From: Methanocellaceae archaeon UBA148
GTDB taxonomy: Archaea; Halobacteriota; UBA148
Assembly: GCA_002495885.1 (NCBI GenBank)
Contig: DAHG01000033.1
Span: 86,997-150,996, forward strand
DNA: 64,000 nt
Direction of reading: 5' to 3'
Shown: positions 8,779 to 19,203 of the stretch, in pieces
Position numbering within the stretch: position 1 is the first letter of the stretch
How the letters are laid out: every line of letters starts with the position of its first letter
The notes under the pieces: generated by a model
Database searches by the model: none
What the model was told of the DNA's origin: nothing
Seen by the model: the letters and a program-made list of their open reading frames with translations, nothing else
Program-made: the position numbers and the translations under genes

Positions 8779-11547
8779 CTATGCCTTATAGACATTACAT
8801 AATGCCACTTTCGTCTCTTGCATCTGCGTCTGCTCGTCATAGCCTGGGGATGCGATGATGTTGCATGAGTCGCCCCTTGCGAGTTCTTTAGCGCCTTCTG
8901 GGTATCTGTCTCCGTAGTCTACTCCTTCGAAAATCCCTGCCCAGTGATAGGGCATGAATAAAGTCCTTTCGTTGACTCTTTCAGTCACATTTGCTCTGAC
9001 CTTGCATCTTCCTCGAGCGGATTCAACCCAGACATAGTCCCAGTGCTTGACACCTAGGTAGTTTGCCACCTTCGGATTGATCTCGACGTACATCTCTGGC
9101 TGAAGCTCCGCCAGATAGTCTGAATTTCTGGTCTGAGCGCCTCCACCGTGATGCTCGACCTGTCTCCCTGTGGTCAGGATGAAAGGATACTTCTCGTGAC
9201 GCTTTTCAGCAATCGATCTCTGCTGTTCAGTCTTGAATTCGGTGAGAACCCTGTGAATCTTCTTATCCTCGTAGGTCGGATAAATCGCTACGAGATCTGG
9301 CTCTGGGCTCTCTATGGGCTCCCTATGCTTGGGCACTTCGTCGGTCCAGCCTGCTATCCTTAGCCTAGCTCTTCCTCTGCCTGTGGGGGGATTGCCCTCT
9401 GAAAGTGCCTGTTTGTTAACCCCTCCTGTCGGATCCGTCGTATATGCATATGTCCAGTGTATGCTGCCACCCGTACCAGCTGGTGGTAGGTTACCCCTCA
9501 CGATGTTCTCGCCTGCATTAGGCTCATCGGATGGATACGTCCACATTGCTCTGAAATCGTGTCCTCCTTCCATCACAGGAACCTTATCACGATACAGGAC
9601 AGGTGTTCCTGGATGGTCGGTCGTCCAGCAAGGCCATGGAAGACCCCAATATTGTCCATCGCAGGGTCCTCCTTTCGCTCTGCCGTCCCATGGATCAAAG
9701 GTATAATCGTATTCCTTCTGTAGCTTTATTCTCTCAGGCGTCTGTCCTTGAAGACCTATTGGTCTACAAGCAAGGTTGATCTCTCTGGTTACATCCTCTA
9801 TGCTCTTGTAGTCGAAGTGCTCTCCGAATCCCAATCTATTTGCTAGTTGCTGGAAGATCCACATGTCGTTTCGACTCTCATATAGTGGCGATATTACTGC
9901 ATCTCTCCACTGCCATTCTCTTCCAGTGGTGGTCGTGCTGCCACTGCCCTCTTGGCGAGTTGCAGCAGGTAGCAATATTATCCCATCTGACCTGTTTGGC
10001 ATAGCAGATGAACAGGTTGGAAAAGGATCGACAATCACTATCATGTCAAGTCTCTCCATAGCCTCTTTCTCTTTTTTCATCTCTGTAATTGAGTTTGTGG
10101 CTTCACCCCATAAGACTGCTACTTTGATATTGCGTGGCTGGTCGATCTCTGCCTCGGACTTCAGAACGCCCTCATACCAACGTGACACGGTGAATCCTAC
10201 CTTAGTCATCATGCTCTCGCCATTATGGGTAGCAAACCTGGCTTTCAGCTCATCGAAGGTTATCTTTCCACTTGTACTGGGTGTGTCGCTGAAGCACTGG
10301 GCATACCATTTCCAAGATGATTCGCTCGTTACTGCATAGTATCCTGGCAAGTAGTGGGCTAAAACGCCCATATCTGTCACGCCTTGCACGTTGTCATGTC
10401 CTCTGGCTGGCATACATCCGCCGCCCCATTCTCCTTGGTTGCCAAGTATGCATTGCAGGATGGCGCAAGCTCTAACGAGCTGGCTACCTACAGAATGCTG
10501 GGTAACCCCCATTGACCATATTATATTGCTTGGTCTGTTTTCGGAGATCATTCTAGCTACTTCTTTGAGCTGTGCTGCTGGAACCCATGTGATTCTTTCC
10601 ACGACCTCTGGCGTGTAGTCCTTTACAGCCTCCTTCACATACTCGAACCCATAGGTTCTGTTGTCAATGAACTCTTGGTCCTGCCAGCCGTTCTCTAGGA
10701 TGACGTTGATGAGACCGTATATGAACGCAATATCTGATCCAGGCCTGTGTCTTACAAATAGATCCGCCTTTGATGCCGTTCTAGTGAATCTCGGGTCAAC
10801 AACGACGATCTTTGCGCCCCTATCTTTCGAATCAAGGATCTTCTGCATCATCACTGGGTGTGCCTCTGCCGCATTTGAGCCGAAGAAGAAGTGACACTTG
10901 GCATGTTGCAACGCAATGATAGTGCTTGTCATGGCACCGTGACCGAATGTGTTTAGCAAGCCTGCAACTGTAGTGGAGTGGCATAGCCTTGCCTGGTGGT
11001 CTATGTTGTTCGTACCGAACAGCATCGCCAACTTTCTGAACATATACGCCTCTTCGTTGGATCCATGCACGAGACCGCAAAAGAAGACTGAATCTGGCCC
11101 ATAAGCGTTCCTAATGCTATTCAATTTGTCTGCAACCTTACCCAATGCCTCTTCCCATGAGATTCTCTTCCACTTGCCTCCAACTTTCTCCATGGGGTAC
11201 TTCAGTCTTCTCGGTGAGTTGGTGATGTTTGCCAAAGATGTGCCCTTGGAGCACATGCCTCCACGGTTTATGGGGTGGTCTTCCCAAGCGTCCATCTTGG
11301 TGAACACGCCCTGCTCTACGACGCCTGTATATCCACAACCCACAGAACAAAAGGAGCAAACGCTCTTCACTCGCTTCGTTGACGGAGTGGTCTCTGCTGC
11401 TGCTACTTTTTCGAATAGTTTACCGGTAAACTTCTTAGAAGTTGCGTATCCTCCAAGTGTTGCAGCTGCACCAAGTGCAGTCAATTTGGAGAAGGTACGT
11501 CTGCTCATCTTGATTTCACTGAGGATAGATTTTGATTTTGCCGCCAT
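8779..11547 (-). CDS. Tat-exported molybdopterin oxidoreductase catalytic subunit, formate dehydrogenase-N-like (FdnG-type, Cys in place of Sec); probable true start near 11508
   Basis: Twin-arginine signal MSRRTFSKLTALGAAA. N-terminal CSFCSVGCGY [4Fe-4S] motif. QARLCHSTTVAGL aligns with E. coli FdnG QARV-U-HGPTV, i.e. the Sec/Cys-His active site. ~920 aa. No in-frame TGA. Confidence 0.8.
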   Translation of the reverse strand: MAAKSKSILSEIKMSRRTFSKLTALGAAATLGGYATSKKFTGKLFEKVAAAETTPSTKRVKSVCSFCSVGCGYTGVVEQGVFTKMDAWEDHPINRGGMCSKGTSLANITNSPRRLKYPMEKVGGKWKRISWEEALGKVADKLNSIRNAYGPDSVFFCGLVHGSNEEAYMFRKLAMLFGTNNIDHQARLCHSTTVAGLLNTFGHGAMTSTIIALQHAKCHFFFGSNAAEAHPVMMQKILDSKDRGAKIVVVDPRFTRTASKADLFVRHRPGSDIAFIYGLINVILENGWQDQEFIDNRTYGFEYVKEAVKDYTPEVVERITWVPAAQLKEVARMISENRPSNIIWSMGVTQHSVGSQLVRACAILQCILGNQGEWGGGCMPARGHDNVQGVTDMGVLAHYLPGYYAVTSESSWKWYAQCFSDTPSTSGKITFDELKARFATHNGESMMTKVGFTVSRWYEGVLKSEAEIDQPRNIKVAVLWGEATNSITEMKKEKEAMERLDMIVIVDPFPTCSSAMPNRSDGIILLPAATRQEGSGSTTTTGREWQWRDAVISPLYESRNDMWIFQQLANRLGFGEHFDYKSIEDVTREINLACRPIGLQGQTPERIKLQKEYDYTFDPWDGRAKGGPCDGQYWGLPWPCWTTDHPGTPVLYRDKVPVMEGGHDFRAMWTYPSDEPNAGENIVRGNLPPAGTGGSIHWTYAYTTDPTGGVNKQALSEGNPPTGRGRARLRIAGWTDEVPKHREPIESPEPDLVAIYPTYEDKKIHRVLTEFKTEQQRSIAEKRHEKYPFILTTGRQVEHHGGGAQTRNSDYLAELQPEMYVEINPKVANYLGVKHWDYVWVESARGRCKVRANVTERVNERTLFMPYHWAGIFEGVDYGDRYPEGAKELARGDSCNIIASPGYDEQTQMQETKVALCNVYKA

Positions 11548-11622
11548 TATTTTCCTCCTGATTTAAAATAACTCATAGTTATATGCAGCTAATCCTATTA
11601 AACAGTTACGTTTATTAAAATA

Positions 11623-12267
11623 CTAAAACGCCCCCTCGAATTCATCTATCCAATCTTTATCCATAAATATGAAGCCCTTCGTGATCTTTGCAATGCTCTT
11701 GTAGAAATCAGACTGCTCACTTTTGTACAGGTCGTCGCAGAAATCCGGCACCCATTTAATCAGATGCTCGTCCATGAACTCCTTTTGTAGCGACCAGTAT
11801 TTCCCTATGCACTCCCCCTTTTTTAGCGCTTCTTCACATAGATGGTGCATGAATTTTAGCTCGAATGCGATGTAATCCTCTGGTTCCGGGTATTCTTTGG
11901 ACTTTGCAATTCCTGCTTTCTTATAATCCTTTTTAAGCCTTAACAGGGACGGTCCCATCATCTTTCCATCTATATACATGGATTCGTAGGGGGGAACTGG
12001 AGGACTGCCAGGCCCTAGAAAGAGGCGAGTGTACTCGTCCGTCAACCTTTCATGAACCTCATCCACATCTTTGCTCGCTTTCATGAACTTTCTCAACTTC
12101 TCAAAGCCCTCGGTCATGTCCTCGTTCAATGGTTTCAGGTCTGGAATCGGAACCTTATTATTAACCAGATCTTCAGCAAGTTCACGTGGTGGCTCCTCTA
12201 CGTACATTCGATATAAAAACGCATATAGATTTTCTCTCAATTTCAAAAATTCTTCGATTTCCGTCAC
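11623..12267 (-). CDS. TorD/DmsD-family redox enzyme maturation chaperone
   Basis: 214 aa. EYTRLFLGPGSPPVPPYESMY matches the TorD-family core. Immediately upstream of the Tat-dependent molybdoenzyme. Confidence 0.7.
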   Translation of the reverse strand: MTEIEEFLKLRENLYAFLYRMYVEEPPRELAEDLVNNKVPIPDLKPLNEDMTEGFEKLRKFMKASKDVDEVHERLTDEYTRLFLGPGSPPVPPYESMYIDGKMMGPSLLRLKKDYKKAGIAKSKEYPEPEDYIAFELKFMHHLCEEALKKGECIGKYWSLQKEFMDEHLIKWVPDFCDDLYKSEQSDFYKSIAKITKGFIFMDKDWIDEFEGAF

Positions 12268-14378
12268 TTTATTTTCTCCAAAACCTTTCCTAACGCCCTC
12301 ACAGCCCTACAATCCTCGCAATATTTGAGCAGCCCCAACCGCTCCTCTGTACTGAGTTCATCACTTCCCTCAGACCCGCGTATCAAATTTGATGTGCGAT
12401 TCAATGCTGCTCTTGTTATAAACGCTTTACCACATGCCTCGCACTTAACAAGCTCTGACTCAGCTAAGGTGATCTCTTTTAGATCGCTTAATTTGGCGAA
12501 ATCAAGCACTTTGTTCAATTTAAGTGCCCCTTCTGGACATGCTTTCTCGCACAACCCGCAAGAGATGCAATGCCCATATATGAAATTGACCTTGTTCTCT
12601 TTTCTTAGTATCGCATTCATGGGGCACATGTTCATGCATGCGTTGCAGATGGTGCACTTTTCTGAGATGGTGATATCTGCAAAAGGAAATCCTGTATCTT
12701 CCTCAACGAAGTTTGGCGATATACCTGTCTTAACCGAGAGACCATGAACCAAACTCAATATGACGTCTCTCTTTGCTGTTTTGTCCAATTGGATTGGTTT
12801 CTTCTCTTTAATAGGAGATTGACTTAAACCTTGTACGAAATCCGCCACAGCACTCACGAAAGTACCTGGTTCGTCTGCATCGACTTGGATACGCTTTACT
12901 CGCTCGCCCAGACCAAATGCGCCCAGAGTCATATTGGCAAATTTTACTGCCGATTCTCCTGCCACAGGCAGGCAGTCTTCACATTTCAGCAGTAGAACTC
13001 CATCTGCACCCATATCGAAGGCTCGAAGAATGTGTGCCTCTGAAACAGAGTCAACACACGAAACTAATAATGGGAGAACAGGGGGATATTGAAGTCGTTT
13101 TCTGCCGACAAAATCCAGAGTTTTCTCGCATTCCGAACAGGCAAATAGTAGCACTTTAAGACTTGTGTCTTTTTTTGTTTTGCCCAGCAAGACCTCTATC
13201 TGCGAATATATGGTGTCATCCGGGTATTCTCTCAGTTGGGGGAGTGAGATCGGACAAACAGCAGAGCAGATTCCACAAGCCCTGCATGCAACCTCGTCAA
13301 ACGAGATTCTGTCTCCAGCACGTGTTATCGCACCATAGGGACATGCAATCTCACAGAGTTCACAGCCCACCGTTTCACTTTTTCCTGCAGCACAATTTTC
13401 TAAGTTCAGGCTCAAAACCCTTCGTTTTTTAATTTTTCCGAGATTTGAAATGATATCCAATACCGCAACTGATGGATCATCTCCGCACAAGTAAATACCA
13501 TCTCGCACAGGATATTTCCAATCTCCGACCACAAGTATCTGGCCTGCTTTTAGTGTTTCTTCTTTATGTTTTAGATCGATGGCACCAGTCGGACATGCAT
13601 CAATACAGTCTCCGCACTCATTGCAGAAATTATTGATCGAATACACCAAACCAGATTGAATCGCATTTTTCTGACATTTATTCTCGCACAGCCCACATAT
13701 GATGCATCTTTCTGGATCGATTTTTCCTTTCACTGTTTCTACAGAAAAATCACCCATTGTTCCTTTCACATCTTTTACGGACCCAATATGAACCAACATA
13801 TCCCCAAAAGAGGTGAACCCTGAGGCAGAGTCCATCAAAAGTTGTACATTAGCCAACTTTGAGAGGTTTTTTGCGGCCCTTATTCCTAGGGGCGAGTTTC
13901 CTATCACCAATACATCGTATCCCACATCGACGACAAAGCTCTCAACCTTAGGTCTTGTCTTTATACGATCAATGGCTGCCAGAAGCAAACGCTTTGCCTT
14001 TTCAGTAGCACCCTTTTCATCATGAGCCCACCCACAATGCTCTCTGAGATTTAACAGGCTGATGTCGTCGCCTTTGAATCCCATTCCTTCAACCAGCTCT
14101 TTGAAAATTCGTTTTTTGAACGTACAGCCTATGATGATCGAGTCGAGTTCCTTTCTTCTGATGTCATCTATAATATATGCAAGCCCGTTTTCCTGACACA
14201 ATAGGTCATGAACCTCGACGATCTCCGCTTCTTTCCCAATGCTTCGCTTGACTTCCCTGAAATCAATGCTTGACGTATTGTTGCATGTGCAAAGAAAAAT
14301 GCCAATATCCATCACAACTTTATATCGCAATAATAGAGCATAATACTTGTCATGCTCAATTGCGAGTCCACCCTTCAA
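12264..14378 (-). CDS. cytoplasmic polyferredoxin with two MvhD/FlpD-like domains and about six [4Fe-4S] motifs (probable start at 14312)
   Basis: FLCTC... and LLFACSECEKT...VSCVDSV...GADGVLLLKCEDC match MvhD-type domains. Ferredoxin motifs: CIICGLCENKC, CNECGDCIDACP, CELCEIACP, CRACGICSAVCP, CTICNACMNMCP, CISCGLCEKACP. C-terminal CEAC...CEDC. No signal peptide. 4-nt overlap with torD. Confidence 0.65.
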   Translation of the reverse strand: MKGGLAIEHDKYYALLLRYKVVMDIGIFLCTCNNTSSIDFREVKRSIGKEAEIVEVHDLLCQENGLAYIIDDIRRKELDSIIIGCTFKKRIFKELVEGMGFKGDDISLLNLREHCGWAHDEKGATEKAKRLLLAAIDRIKTRPKVESFVVDVGYDVLVIGNSPLGIRAAKNLSKLANVQLLMDSASGFTSFGDMLVHIGSVKDVKGTMGDFSVETVKGKIDPERCIICGLCENKCQKNAIQSGLVYSINNFCNECGDCIDACPTGAIDLKHKEETLKAGQILVVGDWKYPVRDGIYLCGDDPSVAVLDIISNLGKIKKRRVLSLNLENCAAGKSETVGCELCEIACPYGAITRAGDRISFDEVACRACGICSAVCPISLPQLREYPDDTIYSQIEVLLGKTKKDTSLKVLLFACSECEKTLDFVGRKRLQYPPVLPLLVSCVDSVSEAHILRAFDMGADGVLLLKCEDCLPVAGESAVKFANMTLGAFGLGERVKRIQVDADEPGTFVSAVADFVQGLSQSPIKEKKPIQLDKTAKRDVILSLVHGLSVKTGISPNFVEEDTGFPFADITISEKCTICNACMNMCPMNAILRKENKVNFIYGHCISCGLCEKACPEGALKLNKVLDFAKLSDLKEITLAESELVKCEACGKAFITRAALNRTSNLIRGSEGSDELSTEERLGLLKYCEDCRAVRALGKVLEKIK

Positions 14379-14514
14379 AAGATTTATGGCATATTAATAA
14401 TTAAAATAAGATTATACAACCAAAAACATTTGAAAACTACCCACGTGGGATTATAATCAGTTCTAATCTTGTTTCAGTTGCAATTTACCTTATAGGGCAT
14501 TTATCATCTATCAA

Positions 14515-14934
14515 TTGGGCATTATCTGGATGTCACTCTATTTACTCTTTATTCTGGGACTAGAGATCCGTTTGATGAAAAGAAGTTGCGTTAATTGTTA
14601 TTATTACGGGAAATTTTGTGCTTTTGGTAAAGGAAAAATAAGTTCCTTGTTTTTCAAAAAGGGAAGTTCTCATAAATTTATCAAGGACGAGATTACCTGG
14701 AAAGATATACTCCCAGATTTCCTTGTTTCGATAATCTCCCTGATCGTAGGAATAGTGTTATTGATATTGAAATTTAATTTATTGATACTATCATTGATAG
14801 TATTATTAGTAATCCTTACTTCTGCAGGAAATGGTTTTGTTCGAGGCTCTTTAGCCTGTAAATTCTGTAAACAAAAAGAGATTGGTTGCCCCACAGAACA
14901 ATTATTCAATAAAAGCAAAGCAAAAAGTAAGTGA
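14515..14934 (+). CDS. hypothetical Cys-rich small membrane protein
   Basis: CVNCYYYGKFCAFGKG at the N-terminus, two TM helices, CKFCKQKEIGCP at the C-terminus. AT-rich context. Confidence 0.35.
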   Translation: MGIIWMSLYLLFILGLEIRLMKRSCVNCYYYGKFCAFGKGKISSLFFKKGSSHKFIKDEITWKDILPDFLVSIISLIVGIVLLILKFNLLILSLIVLLVILTSAGNGFVRGSLACKFCKQKEIGCPTEQLFNKSKAKSK

Positions 14935-15584
14935 TGGTGGACTCACAACTCGAAATTTTGCCTTCGGCACCGTTGCACTAAAATTTCGTCCTAATGGAGA
15001 GCATAACAGCGATTAAGAGGTTACGCTCGGTTGTACCTCGTTCCACCGCTTCGCAAAAACTTCGCTTAATCGCATATGTTATGTGATGTGTAATCAAGTG
15101 TAGAAAAATATATAGATAATTGAAGGATTGTATATTTATATGGATCTTAAAACTTCTGGAAAAATCTCAAAAAAAGAAATTCTTATTAAACATTATAACA
15201 AAACTCGTGGAGGAGTTGATAGGAAATTAATTTAATTGTTTTATCTCCTAATAAAAACTCGGTTACTTTTTTCTTTAGCAGGAACACCCCCCCCAAAAGT
15301 TATGGAATTTTTATTCCTGAACCAAGAGTATTGATAAAGGAATTTCGGACCTGTAAGTTTGATTCTTCTCTTAACGCAACTTAATAAATCTGCGGGTTTC
15401 GGCTCCATCTGCCATTGCAATAACCTTGGTCGAAACAAAATTTCGACAGATATAACATGGCCTATACGGTTCACTCACCTTGCAGGTTCGTTCACCAAAA
15501 TTTTCTTTTGGAAAACTTCGAATGAATCATAATGTGTCTACCAAGTCAACCAATTACCACTCGTTCAATTACTACGAAGAAGAT

Positions 15585-18500
15585 TCACATAAAATCTACC
15601 AATTCTGCCTGTTTGACTTTATCAGAAGCGAAAAGCGAGCGGATTTCGAGCTCTATCAAATGAAGCCGCTGTTTTGTGTAGTTGGAGACACCATATTCTT
15701 CTGCTGTTTTCAGCGAGACGTCCAGATATTTCTTGATAGATCCTTCATGCACTGTCAGTATTACCCTACCACCACATTTTGGGCATGTGCCCTTAAGTGG
15801 AGGTCTCCGAATCCTAGCATTACATTTAACACACCGCATTTTTTGTTTTGAGAATGCACGTAAATTGCCGATCAAATCGGGTAGGAAATGTGAGACTATG
15901 ACGCGCTCAGCCACATCTCTTGCATCGACAGCTCTAATCTTCTTTGCTAATGTTAGTTGCGCCTCCATTTTATCGATCATAGTTCCTAACGTCTTATATG
16001 CACTATTTATCGGGCCCGCAGCAATGTCAGAGGTATCGTGTGTGAAGTAAAAGCCCTCGTATTGCTTTGAAGATCCCAGCCTCGCCCCAACTGTATCCAT
16101 TTTTGCCTCTATGCTCTTTGGGTCGGCATGTTTCAAAGATGCCTCGTAGAATTCCAGTGGATACCTCCTTAGCAAATCTATATTATGCACCTCGCTATCG
16201 ATCTCGCTTGGGTTTATGCGAGTGGTAAGCACGATCGGTGCGTCCATCTTGCCCCCGCGTTTATCCGGTAGATATGAAAGGGAAAAGTTGAGCAGTCCGT
16301 CCATCAGAAGCATTATGCTGTCCTCGTCACCATCGCAATTACGACGCTTCGCTGCATGGAAAAACGGATGGGCATAACACACGGATGCACTGGTGAAGCC
16401 AAGTATTCGCCCTAGAACTCCTGCAGATGTGTGAGGTGCAAGCCCGATGACCAGTTTTCCTATCAGGTCGTCCACCGATTGGATTTTATAATAGGCGCCC
16501 ACACCATAGTATTTCACCAATAACTCATCCAAAAAGTTTGCAACAAGCAACAAATAATCTCCAGCACCTTTTGAGAGTATCACGTCCTGGGGCTTTAGTT
16601 CAACCACTTGACTTTCATCTTTGATGGTTTCGCCATCCATATCTAGGCAATATCCAAGCTCACTGAGCCGATCTAATGATATACCAATCTCCCTTGGTCG
16701 GAAGTGGGTGAGTGGCAAATCCGTTATATCATATCTGATGGTTCCATCCTTAAATACATATATTTCATTCTTGGCTCTTAGAATTCCTTTTTCAAGTGGT
16801 TCTGGGGTCTGATTTTTGGATGTTAGGCCTAGAACGCCTTTGAATTCTTCGGGCGCACGTTCACCTAATCTTTCCAGTGACCGAGCATAAAGGGCACTAA
16901 AATCGATGGTTTGCTTTTTAACAGAAGACATTTTCCTGCCACAACGGGGGCAAAGTTCCTTTTCTCCAGAGGAAATGCCACAGCTTACGCAGAACATAAC
17001 TGGAAGGGTACGCTCACCACAATCACATAGATTTTTGAATGTGGTGATGCCGCAATTAGGACATTTTTTGGTTCCTAACTCGATTTCAATTTCGCCTTTC
17101 TTATCATTTAATGAGCGGTTTCTGCTTCCTTCGCTGCCTGTTGGGAACAAGACATGTACTGGAGGATGCATTTTCCTTTTTTCTGACTTCTCTGGCCTCC
17201 CCATTCTACTGCCAATTCTGATCGGTGCACGCTCTCGAATTTGTACACCGGCCATTGCTGATACTGCTTCAATCGTTTTTACATATGATGTGGGTGTGCC
17301 CCTTTTATGTAGGTCTTGGTCCAGCCCAAGGCATCGAATAAGCGGAAGCGCATGATCGACAATTATGTTGTCCCCACGAACCTTATGAGAAATCAATAGC
17401 GTTTCTAGGAGCTCTTTAACTCTTAGATCAGCTGGAATGGTGAGAGTTTCACCATATTTCCCTTTTTTAGAGATGTGATTTGCCAACAAATCTAGCTCTG
17501 AGATGGTGATGTCGTGCCACAGATAGGTATATTTAGGGTGCAGCGACACATCAAATTGCTCTGATAGCTCAAACGCCCTCTCGGGTGTTATATCCGTGAG
17601 ATCTTCTTGGACGGATGTTTTCTCTTCAAGCTCCTGGATCCACCACTCATAACAATATGAGGCTGGAACGAGTGGTTGGGCATTCTCCAGAAAATCACCA
17701 TAATTTATCAGGATTTCCCCAACATCTATTATCTCTGCAACGCTCGGACGTAATTCATGTGCTTGCTCTACTGAATCTATACGCAAAACATCTCCATTAA
17801 CCAAGCGAACGGTCGGACCTTCTATTGTGTCCACCGGCGTGATACCAACCGCTTTTCCTGGTATCTCAACTTTCATTTGCGTGCCAGTGGCAAGGAAATC
17901 ATCAAGCAGGTTCATCGTAGCCGGATGGATCCCAGCAGTGGCATAAGACGAATTGCGCGAGCGTCCATATCGCAATCTAAATCCCCCTTTGGCGGAGGGG
18001 TGCGAGAAAACAGGCCTCCCCGCTATAATACCCTCAAGGAACTTTTCCTTTCGCCCAGATGTCTTCTCACCCACATGTTTCTTAATTATCAGATTATCCA
18101 ACCATTCCCAGCCATCTAAACCCAATTGTTCCACATATTTCTTGACCTTTGGTGCCTTTAATGCGAGTCCTTCTGCCAGCACAAGCACCATTCCGCCTCT
18201 AACCCGATTGGTCTCTATGCGAGCTAAGTTTCTGTACGCAGAAACCTCGTCCTCCTCAGTAGGTTCGCCATCTATGCAGATAGGACAATTATTAACGATC
18301 AGGCGAATTTCCTCATTTGAGGGAGTGTATTGAAGATTTGTTATCCTTTTATAAAGAAGGACTTCCTCAGCATAGCGCTCAACTTCCTCTTTTCGAGGCT
18401 TATATTCGGATATGCCGACTTTTCTGCGCACATAATCGGCCACTAAGACGGACAATGCCTGGGCAGTTCCTCCTGCACTCCTGATGGGCCCTGAATAATA

Positions 18501-18914
18501 TATTTTCAGATAGTCGGTTCCATCATCGTTTTCCCCCAAGCCTACGCGGGCGATGCCTTCAATTGGGGCAGCCACGATTCCTTCGGTTAGTATCGCCACT
18601 GCGGTCCTGATTGCGTCATCTACTAAATCGAGTCCTGATTTATTACCTATTTTGCCTTCAGCAAAGTCCAATCCTATATGCAAAGCTACTTCTTCTCTGG
18701 ATACCTTGGATTCCAACTCGCGAATTCTTTGCGCTACTCCTTTGATGCCCACCAGGCTTTCTACCCTGCCAGCAAGATCCTTGGCCAGCAGAATCTCTGG
18801 ATCTGGACTGGGGTCTTCACCGCGCATTTTAGCTTCTCTCGTTATTTTGATACAGCGCTCTAGTTCGGCTTCCAGTGAATTAAAATAGGATTGGATTTGC
18901 TCAGAACTCATCAT
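15585..18914 (-). CDS. polC: DNA polymerase II (PolD) large subunit DP2
   Basis: 1109 aa. Characteristic DP2 N-terminus and zinc-finger clusters (CPNCG...CDCG; CVKC...CPKCGG). No intein-sized insertion. Confidence 0.9.
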   Translation of the reverse strand: MMSSEQIQSYFNSLEAELERCIKITREAKMRGEDPSPDPEILLAKDLAGRVESLVGIKGVAQRIRELESKVSREEVALHIGLDFAEGKIGNKSGLDLVDDAIRTAVAILTEGIVAAPIEGIARVGLGENDDGTDYLKIYYSGPIRSAGGTAQALSVLVADYVRRKVGISEYKPRKEEVERYAEEVLLYKRITNLQYTPSNEEIRLIVNNCPICIDGEPTEEDEVSAYRNLARIETNRVRGGMVLVLAEGLALKAPKVKKYVEQLGLDGWEWLDNLIIKKHVGEKTSGRKEKFLEGIIAGRPVFSHPSAKGGFRLRYGRSRNSSYATAGIHPATMNLLDDFLATGTQMKVEIPGKAVGITPVDTIEGPTVRLVNGDVLRIDSVEQAHELRPSVAEIIDVGEILINYGDFLENAQPLVPASYCYEWWIQELEEKTSVQEDLTDITPERAFELSEQFDVSLHPKYTYLWHDITISELDLLANHISKKGKYGETLTIPADLRVKELLETLLISHKVRGDNIIVDHALPLIRCLGLDQDLHKRGTPTSYVKTIEAVSAMAGVQIRERAPIRIGSRMGRPEKSEKRKMHPPVHVLFPTGSEGSRNRSLNDKKGEIEIELGTKKCPNCGITTFKNLCDCGERTLPVMFCVSCGISSGEKELCPRCGRKMSSVKKQTIDFSALYARSLERLGERAPEEFKGVLGLTSKNQTPEPLEKGILRAKNEIYVFKDGTIRYDITDLPLTHFRPREIGISLDRLSELGYCLDMDGETIKDESQVVELKPQDVILSKGAGDYLLLVANFLDELLVKYYGVGAYYKIQSVDDLIGKLVIGLAPHTSAGVLGRILGFTSASVCYAHPFFHAAKRRNCDGDEDSIMLLMDGLLNFSLSYLPDKRGGKMDAPIVLTTRINPSEIDSEVHNIDLLRRYPLEFYEASLKHADPKSIEAKMDTVGARLGSSKQYEGFYFTHDTSDIAAGPINSAYKTLGTMIDKMEAQLTLAKKIRAVDARDVAERVIVSHFLPDLIGNLRAFSKQKMRCVKCNARIRRPPLKGTCPKCGGRVILTVHEGSIKKYLDVSLKTAEEYGVSNYTKQRLHLIELEIRSLFASDKVKQAELVDFM

Positions 18915-19203
18915 ATGCTATAAGGAATGCCAAATATATCATCATTGTCTTATCTATATTATAACAGGAGTTTCTTGAGCGGTTTAGCATACTTAAGAGC
19001 TGTTTGGGTGCCCCTTCCTACATACTTCTTATATCATCTGCCTAGCCTAAATAATCTTAAACACAGTTACTTACGTATGCATTTGTGTTTACTATCGCAT
19101 TAGTTGTATTCGCAATTCATTAAGGGGTAATTGTAAGTGAATTAGTAGGCGATAATAAAATAAAAAGAGGGTGTAGTGTTATAGTATATCCCCTAAGACG
19201 ACA

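Noticed and set aside
9148-11566. Multiple 70-160 aa ORFs antisense or out of frame within the FDH catalytic gene (e.g. 9314-9706, 9863-10339, 11114-11566)
   Set aside because: Embedded in a 922-aa gene with strong motif support. No motifs of their own. Typical shadow ORFs.
15585-18914. Intein in PolD DP2
   Set aside because: 1109 aa is the normal intein-free length. No HNH/LAGLIDADG-like block or C-terminal HN/SN splice motif interrupting polymerase motifs.
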